From: Thermoplasmata archaeon
GTDB lineage: Archaea > Thermoplasmatota > Thermoplasmata > UBA10834
Assembly: GCA_041554135.1 (NCBI GenBank)
Contig: JBFFML010000008.1
Coordinates: 1,119 to 65,118 of the forward strand
DNA: 64,000 nt
Direction: 5' to 3'
Numbering within the stretch: position 1 is the first letter of the stretch; every line of letters begins with the position of its first letter. Of this stretch, positions 36,786 to 44,906 are shown piece after piece. Below the pieces are notes generated by a model. It did not search any database, was not told the DNA's origin, and saw nothing but the letters and a program-made list of their open reading frames with translations. A program made the translations under genes and the position numbers.

Positions 36786-38819
36786 TCACCCGTCATCCGT
36801 GGTGTCCGGGCCGTCGCCTTCCGCGGCCGTGGCGACGGGGTCGAGCTTCCGCATGGCCGCGATCGGTGTCTCGCGGACCGCGACCTCGGCGGAGACGAGC
36901 GAGCTCAACACGCTTATCGTCACCGCGCTTACGGAGATGAGCGCCAGGAGCGGGATGTCCGCCTCGAAGGCGAACTCGTGGCTGAATATCACGAACGCGC
37001 CGGAGCGCATCAACAGCGCGGCGACGGCCACGCCCGACACCACGCCGATCAGTGCCCCGATGAGTCCCCCGACGAGGGATTGCGAGACGACGATCTTTCT
37101 TATGTGCGCGTTGGAGGCGCCGAGCGTGCGCAATATGCCCAGCGTATCCCTGCCCTCGTGCACCTCTTTCGCGAAGACGGCCGACACCGCCAGGATGGAG
37201 AGCAGCGCGGACACGGCGCCTATCGAGAAAAGCGCGACGGCGATGTTGCCCTCAGAGACCTTCGCCGCCTCGTAGATGGGTATCGAGGAGCTGGAGGACA
37301 GCTCCCCGCTGCCGCCGTACCGTATCACGAGCTGCATGATGTCCGGCTCGTCGGCGTACCACGGCTCCACGATGAACTCGTGGGAGAACGCGCCCACCTG
37401 CACGGAGTGCGATCCGACGGCCATGTCATCGACGACGATAGGGATGGACAGCACCTCCACAGGGTCCAACGACACGCTCACAGTGGAGTGCTCCGACGAA
37501 TCGACCAGCACGGTGAGGTCGAACGAACCAGCAACGGCGCCCGTGTTCTCGACGACGGCGGTCCCGGTGACGGCGTCGGGCTCCACCACAGTGGTGGATG
37601 AGAGGGTGAAAGACCGGACCACGGGAAGGAAATCGTCCGGATACGATGAGAGGTTGACGACCTCCACGGTCGCCGAGTCGCCCGTGTATCCAGGGCTGGA
37701 CGCGGTGATCGTGAGATACCCTTCCTCCGTCGCGGGCAGTTCGACGCGGCCGTCATCGTCAGCGATGACTGTGCCGCTGTCGTCGCCCAACGAATATCCC
37801 ACGATGGCGCCCGCGAGAGGCACACCGTCGTATGTCAGCACAGTGGCTTCCGCCGTACTGCCGGACACGATCCTCGACGGCGACACCACCACGAGATAAG
37901 GCTCCACGACGGAGACGTTCACCGACGACTCGGTCGGCATGTTCCCGGTCATCCGCACGACGACGGTATGGGCTCCGAGGTCCTCGAAAGACAACGGACT
38001 CTCTACCGTCCTTGTCTCCGAGGCGTTCAAGGCGACGACGATCTCGTCGAGGACGACCGAGTCCTCCTCCAGGAGCAGACGCACATCGCCGCCTTGTGAG
38101 CCCCAGTTCGTCACCTCTATCGACACCGCTGTCTCCTCGCCCTTCACCACCGTGGGCTTCGAGACCCTGACGTCGAACATGGCGAACCTGGCGTCCGCCG
38201 GCGAGAGCACGTCTGCGAGCCACTCTGGGTCGTCGGTCTCCACGCCTATGACCGACGCCATGTCGGCGGGCATGCCGCAGAGATGTCTCGCGACATCGAG
38301 ATGCACGAGCATCTCGTCGTCCAGGTACGACCCGCTCGTGAACGACCCCACCAGCTCCACGAGCTCGACGCGGGCCGAGTAGCTGCCCATGACCGGAAGG
38401 ATGTAGGGTGTCTCCACGCCGAGGCGCTCCAGCAGCCTCGAACCGACAAGGGCGGCCTTCGCGTGTTCGAGAGGCAGTGGATTCTCGCCGACGAGCGAAT
38501 GGAACGGCGAGTCCGTGGATGTGATCGAGCCGAGGTCGATGCCGCGCAGCAGGAACGACCGGCCGTCCCATGAGGACAGGGAGACGACCTCCGCCCATGC
38601 GGCCGTGACCTGCTCCTGCTCGAGAAGCGACGATACAAGGCCGACATCCACGCGGCTGGAGAATATGGTCGCCGCGTCCGTCGAGAGCACGACGTAGTCG
38701 CCCTTGCCAGCGAACGACGCGGGCGCGCCGAGCAATCCGGAGAGCACGGACGATGTGATGGTGAAGATCATTATCGCGAGGGCCACGACCAACACCACGC
38801 GGTAGCGCATGAACGGCAC
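36786..38819 (-). CDS. FtsX/MacB-type ABC permease with enlarged extracytoplasmic region (MacB-PCD-like + CARDB-like x2 + CarboxypepD_reg-like)
   Basis: C-terminal FtsX bundle: LGILRTLGASNAHIRKIVVSQSLVGGLIGALIG. N-terminal TM, then a PCD-like region (FLLRGIDLG..AALVGSRLLERLGV..VELVGSF). Inserts: VSKPTVVKGEETAVSIEVTNWGSQGGDV, VEPDAVTGTAVVENTGAVAGSFDL, and GVPLAGAIVGYSLGDDSGTVIADDDGRVELP. The start is GTG 38819 or ATG 38810. Confidence 0.75.
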   Translation of the reverse strand: MPFMRYRVVLVVALAIMIFTITSSVLSGLLGAPASFAGKGDYVVLSTDAATIFSSRVDVGLVSSLLEQEQVTAAWAEVVSLSSWDGRSFLLRGIDLGSITSTDSPFHSLVGENPLPLEHAKAALVGSRLLERLGVETPYILPVMGSYSARVELVELVGSFTSGSYLDDEMLVHLDVARHLCGMPADMASVIGVETDDPEWLADVLSPADARFAMFDVRVSKPTVVKGEETAVSIEVTNWGSQGGDVRLLLEEDSVVLDEIVVALNASETRTVESPLSFEDLGAHTVVVRMTGNMPTESSVNVSVVEPYLVVVSPSRIVSGSTAEATVLTYDGVPLAGAIVGYSLGDDSGTVIADDDGRVELPATEEGYLTITASSPGYTGDSATVEVVNLSSYPDDFLPVVRSFTLSSTTVVEPDAVTGTAVVENTGAVAGSFDLTVLVDSSEHSTVSVSLDPVEVLSIPIVVDDMAVGSHSVQVGAFSHEFIVEPWYADEPDIMQLVIRYGGSGELSSSSSIPIYEAAKVSEGNIAVALFSIGAVSALLSILAVSAVFAKEVHEGRDTLGILRTLGASNAHIRKIVVSQSLVGGLIGALIGVVSGVAVAALLMRSGAFVIFSHEFAFEADIPLLALISVSAVTISVLSSLVSAEVAVRETPIAAMRKLDPVATAAEGDGPDTTDDG

Positions 38820-38821
38820 CC

Positions 38822-39880
38822 TCAGAATCGTCTCACCTCCCTAAGGTCGTCCGCGGGGGATGACGACATGCTCTTGATCGCGGGCACCAACGTCCCCACC
38901 AGGCCGGCGGCCACCGTCGCCGCGAAAGCGATGGCGAGCACCGACTCATGGATCTCGACAACGAAGACCGCCTCGAAGACGTGCGACGCCGTCGTGGCGA
39001 TTCCATAGGACAGCACGATGCCGAGCGCCAGGCCGAGCGCCGCGCCGTACGCCGTGATCATGAGGGCGTTGCCGAGAGAATAGCCCAGTATCCTGACCTT
39101 GCTTGCGCCGAGCATCTTGAGGACGCCGACCTCGCGCTTCTTGTCCGCCATCTCAGCGCCGAGGAAACTGTAGGCGAGGACGGCTATCACGAATGAGGAG
39201 GGCGCGAGCACCCACAGGGCGTCGGTGCGTATCTCCTCGACCCCGGAACCGAGGAACTCGAGCACGGAGGCCATAGGCTGCACCACGAAGCCCATGCTCT
39301 CGAGCGTCGCCTTCTGTCCGGCCGACGGCGTCCTCAATATGGCGAAGTTGGCCTCCGTGATATCCGCGCCCGCAAGCGATGTCACCAGCTCGTGGCTGCA
39401 GAGCATCCAACTGGGCGGGAACATGGACGACGAGAACTCGCCGACCACGGTCACCGACATCGAGTCCGCGACCGTCACGGTTATCTGTCCGTCGAGATCC
39501 AAGGATGTGCCCGCGAGTGTCTCGTTCCCCTCGACGTGGAACGACTCGTCGAGCGTCCCATCTTCGTCCACTATCGAGAAGACGGTGAGGGACGCTCCCG
39601 ACGGTTCGGCCGTGGCGAATGCGAACAGGCCGACGGAGGCGTCGGGGACCACGGAGGCTACGACCGAACGGGCGAACGTCTCCGGCCCGGCGCTTCCAGG
39701 CACGGTGGCCATGAAATACTCCTCCTCGAAGTTCTCCATGAGCATGTCCATCGAGCTCTGAAGGCCCGCCACGACGGAGAAACTAGCCACTATGAACATC
39801 GTGCAAAGGGCTATCATCCAGCTGGTGGCCCGTGCCCTCGAGGTGAACTTGAACAACGGGAGGAAACGCATCCGCCTCAT
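38822..39880 (-). CDS. FtsX/MacB-type ABC permease
   Basis: Start at ATG 39880 (MRRMRFLPLFKF). FtsX motif: VGVLKMLGASKVRILGYSLGNALMITAYGAALG. The stop lies 2 nt from the next permease start. Confidence 0.75.
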   Translation of the reverse strand: MRRMRFLPLFKFTSRARATSWMIALCTMFIVASFSVVAGLQSSMDMLMENFEEEYFMATVPGSAGPETFARSVVASVVPDASVGLFAFATAEPSGASLTVFSIVDEDGTLDESFHVEGNETLAGTSLDLDGQITVTVADSMSVTVVGEFSSSMFPPSWMLCSHELVTSLAGADITEANFAILRTPSAGQKATLESMGFVVQPMASVLEFLGSGVEEIRTDALWVLAPSSFVIAVLAYSFLGAEMADKKREVGVLKMLGASKVRILGYSLGNALMITAYGAALGLALGIVLSYGIATTASHVFEAVFVVEIHESVLAIAFAATVAAGLVGTLVPAIKSMSSSPADDLREVRRF

Positions 39881-40055
39881 CCGAAGATGCCCATGAGGCG
39901 ATAATATACCTTCGAGGACGTCGCCTCGTGACATCGGGTTCTATGGATTCGGTGCTTGCTCGCATTGCGAGGCCGTCGCGGCATCGCCGCCGCCGTCGGC
40001 TCGATGTACGCTTGTGGCCACCCCATTGTCCGCATCCTGACAAAACCAATATGTA

Positions 40056-41381
40056 ATGACCGCGGAATCACACCTGACCGGGGGGAGGAGTTTGAAGTCA
40101 GGGGCAGTTGTCCGCTCAGTCTTCGCGGTGCTATTTGTTCTCACAATCGCAATGCCGTCGATCGGCTGTTGGGCGGATAATTCAGCGGCGGAGGACGACG
40201 GTGTCGCCGAATGGACCATCATGGTGTACATGGACGGCGACAACGACCTTGAGGCGAACGTCATCGAGGACCTCGCCGAGATGGCCGCCATCGGCTCGAC
40301 GGAGCGCGTCACCGTGGTCGTGCTCGCCGATACGATGACATACACCGAGGGGACGCACTGGTGTCACATGGATGAGGGAGACACGCCGATAGACGTCGAG
40401 TCGGGGACGCACGTTTGCGACTGCGAGGAGTTCGCTGGCGGATGCCCTGGAGAACTCAACATGGGCGACGGTGAGACGCTGGAGTACTTCATCACCACGG
40501 CTGCGGCCAACGCCCCCGCCGAGAACTACATGCTCGTGCTATGGGACCACGGGGCGAGCTGGTACGGCATATGCGAGGACTGGAGCTCCGAGCTGCCGGA
40601 CGGCGGCCACGACATGCTGACGATCGATGAGATATCTGGCGCCGTCGAGGCGGCGTACGACGACGCGTTGCCCGAGGGGGCGCTTAGGATCGTCGACTTC
40701 GACGCGTGCCTCATGGCCGGCGTCGAGACGGCCTACGAGATAAGAGACCTCGCGGAGTACATGGTCGCCGCGATCACGACCATCGCGAGACCCGGCTTCC
40801 AGTGGGAGTGGCTTCTGGAGGACATCAACGCCCTGACGGACATGTCGCCCCGAGCGATGGGCGAGACCATGGTCGACTCGTTCATGGAGTTCTACTCGCA
40901 ATGCGCCGGCAAAGGGGTCGGAGGATATCCGTACGCGTCGCTCTCGCTGATCGACCTGTCGAAAGTGGAGGCCCTCGTCCTCGAGGGAGTGAACGGCTTG
41001 GCCTCCGCGCTGCTAGAGTATGTCGGGGACAACATGCAGAAGTCGGCCATCCAGACGACGGAGATGAAGACGCCTCAGATACAGTACCTCGGGGAGCTCG
41101 ACCCGTTCGTGGACCTCGGCCTGTTCGCCATCGCGCTGGCGGAGAACATACCGGACATGGCGTCCGCGGCCGATCGTGTGGTCGACCTGGTGCGCGACGC
41201 CGTCGTGTATTTCGACTTCGTCACCGGCGACTCGGGCGCGTGCATGGACACGATGGGCATGAGCATCTACTACACGTGCGCGCTCGGCCACCTCGCGGAC
41301 TACGGTCAGCTGGCGTTCGGCGAGGACACCCTATGGGACGAGTTCCTGCGAGCTTTGTCGGAGCATACGCTGTACGCATGA
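40056..41381 (+). CDS. Clostripain-family (peptidase C11-like) cysteine protease, N-terminally anchored/secreted
   Basis: Hydrophobic N-terminus VVRSVFAVLFVLTIAMPSIG. Motifs: WTIMVYMDGDNDLE, putative catalytic His in LVLWDHGASW, and putative catalytic Cys in VDFDACLMAGVE. Confidence 0.8.
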   Translation: MTAESHLTGGRSLKSGAVVRSVFAVLFVLTIAMPSIGCWADNSAAEDDGVAEWTIMVYMDGDNDLEANVIEDLAEMAAIGSTERVTVVVLADTMTYTEGTHWCHMDEGDTPIDVESGTHVCDCEEFAGGCPGELNMGDGETLEYFITTAAANAPAENYMLVLWDHGASWYGICEDWSSELPDGGHDMLTIDEISGAVEAAYDDALPEGALRIVDFDACLMAGVETAYEIRDLAEYMVAAITTIARPGFQWEWLLEDINALTDMSPRAMGETMVDSFMEFYSQCAGKGVGGYPYASLSLIDLSKVEALVLEGVNGLASALLEYVGDNMQKSAIQTTEMKTPQIQYLGELDPFVDLGLFAIALAENIPDMASAADRVVDLVRDAVVYFDFVTGDSGACMDTMGMSIYYTCALGHLADYGQLAFGEDTLWDEFLRALSEHTLYA

Positions 41382-41418
41382 CGACATGTGTCGGCCCGCC
41401 TCGACAGGCGACGAGGGC

Positions 41419-41811
41419 TCATCCGACCTGAAGCTTCTTCTCGCCTTCCCAGAGACCGTGGATGTTGCAGAGCGATACGGCGTACAGCGTGCCCGCCTTC
41501 TTGGTCTTCATCGAAAGTACGGCGCTGCTGGGGGTGTACACCGAGCCCGTGTCCGGCCCCTGGGCGCCCTCTCCGTGGGCCGAGAACTCGGCCCTCCCGA
41601 CCTGGTACGAGAACTTCTCCCCTTCAGGCTGGAAGTACAGCGTGATCCAGCGTATGTGATGCGCGGTCGTGTTCGGGTGCGCGACCTCCTTGCCCACCGT
41701 CACGCGTATGTCGAACTCCTTGTCGGCCTCGACGCTGTCGGGGCACTCTATCACCGGCACGTGCTTCTCCGTCTTCCAATCGGCCTTTCCAACATGCTCC
41801 CCTATAGGCAT
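41419..41811 (-). CDS. Superoxide reductase (1Fe neelaredoxin/desulfoferrodoxin ferrous-binding domain)
   Basis: Motifs: EKHVPVIE, HPNTTAHHIRWI and LCNIHGLW (His4Cys iron ligand pattern). Confidence 0.85.
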   Translation of the reverse strand: MPIGEHVGKADWKTEKHVPVIECPDSVEADKEFDIRVTVGKEVAHPNTTAHHIRWITLYFQPEGEKFSYQVGRAEFSAHGEGAQGPDTGSVYTPSSAVLSMKTKKAGTLYAVSLCNIHGLWEGEKKLQVG

Positions 41812-41911
41812 ATATCCAGTCCTCCTGTTCCCCCACGCTCGTGACGCGGGCTACGGCCTTCGAACCGCCCCGCGGATTGATATGCTTTTCACCGTGCTCG
41901 GACGGTCGCGT

Positions 41912-43066
41912 CTACCGCGACTTCTTCCTGCGGTCGAACGTCTTGGAGCGCTCCTTCCGCACCTTGCCCTCGAGGGACTCCAGGAGCACGGACATGCACC
42001 GGAACGGGTCCCAGTCGGACGAGCTGACGTAGTACATGGCGACATCGGTCTTCAGCCTCGCCCGCATGCTGTACTTCTGCGTGAACCCGTCGCGCTCGTG
42101 AGTCGTGACATGCAGGTTGAACAGCCGGGGCCGCTCCATCTTGTTGATGCGTCGCAGGCCCTTCCCGGCGAGGTCGTACAGCGAGTCGAACACGTCCGGG
42201 TCCTCGACATCCAGGCCGGATATCTGGACGAACACCTGGTCACGGTCCCTGAGCCCGATCAGCTGCTCCATCATGTCCGACTGGTCGACCACGCCGACGA
42301 GCTTCCTGTCCTCGTCGACAACGAACAGCGTCGACAGGCCTTTGGCCGTCATCACCTTCGCGACGGTGCCGAGCGTGTCGTCGGGGCTCACCGTCACGGC
42401 GCTCCTGGTCATCACGCTGCCGACGTTGATCGCCGAGCCCGTCCTGCTGTCGAAGACCTTCCTCGGAGGCTTGGGCGTCCTGCTGGGCATGTCCGCCTTC
42501 GGCGACCACAGGACCTTCAGGATCTCCGACATGCCAACCACGCCGACGACCTTCCCGTCGGGCTCGACGACCGGTAGCGCCTTCTCGTTGAGGCCTTCCA
42601 TCAACACCTGCGCCTGACGTACGATGTCGTCCGGGCCGATGCTGTCCGGGTCCTTCGTCATGAACTCGGCGACGGGTTTATTGCGAAGGTTCTCGTCGTC
42701 CCGCATCGCGCGTATGATGTCCGTGCGCGAGACGAACCCGATCATCTTGTCGCCCCTGATCACGGGCGCCCCGCGTATGCCGGAGGAGACCAACGCCTCC
42801 GCGGCGTCCATCACGCCCGTCTCCTCGTCGAACCTCGGGGACGGCAGCATTATGCTGTCCACCTTCGCGGTGATGGGCACGCTCCTCCTGTTGACGAACG
42901 AGGTGTAGCTCACGAGACCCACGACCTTGTCACGCTCGACGACCGGCAGCTCCCTCACCTTGCGACGCCTCATGAGGGCGATCGCGTCGGACACCGTGGC
43001 GTCGATGTCTATCACCGCTGGGTTCTCGCTCATTATCTCGCTCAGTTTCAACGACTCGGTCTTCAT
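41912..43066 (-). CDS. Protein with four CBS domains and a C-terminal HPF/RaiA-like domain (tentative)
   Basis: Start at ATG 43066 (MKTESLKLSEIM), with GGAGGA 10 nt upstream. The CBS pattern repeats four times (e.g. VRELPVVERDKVVGLVS, ALPVVEPDGKVVGVVG, TLFVVDEDRKLVGVVD). The C-terminal 110 aa read VFVQISGLDVEDPDVFDSLYDLAGKGLRRINKM..LHVTTHE..YSMRARLKTD..VLLESLEGKVRKERSK. Confidence 0.75.
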   Translation of the reverse strand: MKTESLKLSEIMSENPAVIDIDATVSDAIALMRRRKVRELPVVERDKVVGLVSYTSFVNRRSVPITAKVDSIMLPSPRFDEETGVMDAAEALVSSGIRGAPVIRGDKMIGFVSRTDIIRAMRDDENLRNKPVAEFMTKDPDSIGPDDIVRQAQVLMEGLNEKALPVVEPDGKVVGVVGMSEILKVLWSPKADMPSRTPKPPRKVFDSRTGSAINVGSVMTRSAVTVSPDDTLGTVAKVMTAKGLSTLFVVDEDRKLVGVVDQSDMMEQLIGLRDRDQVFVQISGLDVEDPDVFDSLYDLAGKGLRRINKMERPRLFNLHVTTHERDGFTQKYSMRARLKTDVAMYYVSSSDWDPFRCMSVLLESLEGKVRKERSKTFDRRKKSR

Positions 43067-43257
43067 TCCGGTCCGTTCCTCCAATCCTCGCAATGCCACG
43101 CCTCGTATTTACATGGTGTCCAGAACATTGGTTGCGAGGCGCTACCGACGATGTGTTGGTCGACTAAAGTTCAATTATGTGATAAGTATGTTACGGATTT
43201 TGCCGAAAAAAGGATAATGTATGAGCCCGCATGGCTAGAAACGGGTGGAAAAGCTAC

Positions 43258-43725
43258 ATGCCCAAGGTAAGGAAACCCTGCGGAGCCATGGAAGAGTATA
43301 ACCGGGCCCGGCTGGAGCATTCGATCAAGAGCTCCGGCGCGTCGCCAGAGACCGCGAGAAGCGTAGCCGACAAGATCCGGCCGTTCGACGGCGTTAGCGT
43401 CGACGACATCCGGAAGACTGTGGCGACCGAGCTGAAGGCGACGGACCCGAGGCTCGAGCAGGCGTATCTCCGCAGCGAGAACCTGATAACCAGGAGCTCC
43501 GCTGCGTTGTCGCCTGGCGTGGCCGAGATCAGCGACGAGGTGATGAGGAGGCTCATGGCCTCGCCGGGTCAGATGGCCGTGCTGCAAGCAGGGAACAGTG
43601 TGGCGGACGTGAAGGTCCAGCCGACGAACGTCGTGCCACCGACTGAGATACGGGTGAGCAAGAGAGACATCGAGAGGCTCGACGCCAAGGAAGGCGCCAG
43701 GGTCACCGTCTCCTTCCACCGGTGA
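43258..43725 (+). CDS. ATP-cone domain protein with C-terminal AbrB/SpoVT-like segment (tentative)
   Basis: ATG 43258 has GGGTGGA 8 nt upstream. ATP-cone-like region: VRKPCGAMEEYNRARLEHSIKSSGASPETARSVADKI. C-terminus: IRVSKRDIERLDAKEGARVTVSF. Confidence 0.55.
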   Translation: MPKVRKPCGAMEEYNRARLEHSIKSSGASPETARSVADKIRPFDGVSVDDIRKTVATELKATDPRLEQAYLRSENLITRSSAALSPGVAEISDEVMRRLMASPGQMAVLQAGNSVADVKVQPTNVVPPTEIRVSKRDIERLDAKEGARVTVSFHR

Positions 43726-43854
43726 AAACCCTTTAACGCTGAGGGGAGGCGAGCGCGACGGGGCTTGCGCCCGGCGTGCTCTCTTCCTCAATACGCCGAT
43801 GGCCAGCGATTGCGTCCTCGGCGAAGAGGCGCGCCCGATGGCGCGCGCGTCCGT

Positions 43855-44055
43855 TCAGACTCGCCTCGGGAACAGCCTGTCCCGTTTCATCTCGGTGTCT
43901 TCGCTGACCGTCTGCGCCTTCACCAAGTTCTCGGCGCCGCACTTCTTGCACTTGATCGTCGAGCGCGCACGCTCGCTTTCCGAGAACGTGCCCAAGAGGT
44001 TTCCACAACGCTTACACTTCACTACTATCGGATACGACTTGGATTCCTCCGACAT
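43855..44055 (-). CDS. Small zinc-ribbon protein (66 aa)
   Basis: Start at ATG 44055 (MSEESKSYPIVV). Zinc ribbon: KCKRCGNLLGTF..IKCKKCGAENLV. No family assigned. Confidence 0.45.
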   Translation of the reverse strand: MSEESKSYPIVVKCKRCGNLLGTFSESERARSTIKCKKCGAENLVKAQTVSEDTEMKRDRLFPRRV

Positions 44056-44252
44056 CACACTCTCCTCCGCTCTAGTTTGGGGAGGCATACCACATAATAC
44101 TGTCGGCGAACCCTGGCTGCTGGCGTCCCATGCGCGTCTGGAGCGTCAGTAACCTTCTTAAAACACCGGCACATACACGTCGGCAGCGAAGGGCATTGTT
44201 TTCCCGTTTCCAGCCTCCCAATCCAGGAAACGGCACTTCGAGGTGCTTGGGT

Positions 44253-44906
44253 ATGGCTGAGGAGGGGCTCGTCGACAGGACGGAGAGATGGCTCAGGGCC
44301 CTCGATGCCTACAGGAGCGCCACGAGGGGCAAACGCCATCCTCTCACGACGGAGGGGTCGGCGCTTCTCGTGATAGACATGCAACGCTACTTCTTGGACG
44401 ATGGCTCGCACGCGTTCCTCGCAGACTCCCGACCCGTGCTGGAGAACGTGTCGGCGCTCGTCGGTCGCTATCGTGAGCTCGGCCTCCCGATCGTGTTCAC
44501 TCGTCACGCGGTCAAGGAGGATGAGGACGCCGGCATCATGGGCACGTGGTGGGGCGACACCCTCCGCGAAGGCGACCCTATGTCTGATATCGTCGACGAG
44601 CTGCGGCCCGTCGCCGGCGAGGAGGTCTTGAGGAAGACGAGGTACAGCGCGTTCATCGGCACCGACCTCGAGCGGAAGCTTCGCTCGACGGATGTGGAGC
44701 GGCTGATCATCACGGGCGTGATGACCCATCTGTGCTGCGAGTCCACCGCCCGGGACGCGTTCATGCGGGATTTCGAGGTGTTCTTCGTCGTGGACGGAAC
44801 CTGCTCGGGAGACGACGACCTCCACATCTCCAGCCTCAGGTGTCTCACCGACGGGTTCGCCATCCCAGTCACGACCGAGGAGGTGTTGAGATCCACGAGA
44901 AGGTGA
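44253..44906 (+). CDS. Isochorismatase-family cysteine hydrolase
   Basis: Start at ATG 44253 (MAEEGLVDR). Motifs: ALLVIDMQRYF (Asp), RKTRYSAF (Lys) and ITGVMTHLCCESTARDA (nucleophile Cys). Confidence 0.8.
   Translation: MAEEGLVDRTERWLRALDAYRSATRGKRHPLTTEGSALLVIDMQRYFLDDGSHAFLADSRPVLENVSALVGRYRELGLPIVFTRHAVKEDEDAGIMGTWWGDTLREGDPMSDIVDELRPVAGEEVLRKTRYSAFIGTDLERKLRSTDVERLIITGVMTHLCCESTARDAFMRDFEVFFVVDGTCSGDDDLHISSLRCLTDGFAIPVTTEEVLRSTRR

Noticed and set aside
39941-40345. 134-aa minus-strand ORF upstream of the permease pair, considered as the candidate missing ABC ATPase
   Set aside because: It has no Walker A/B or signature motif, a Ser/Thr/Ala-rich composition, and is antisense to the 5' part of the clostripain-like gene.
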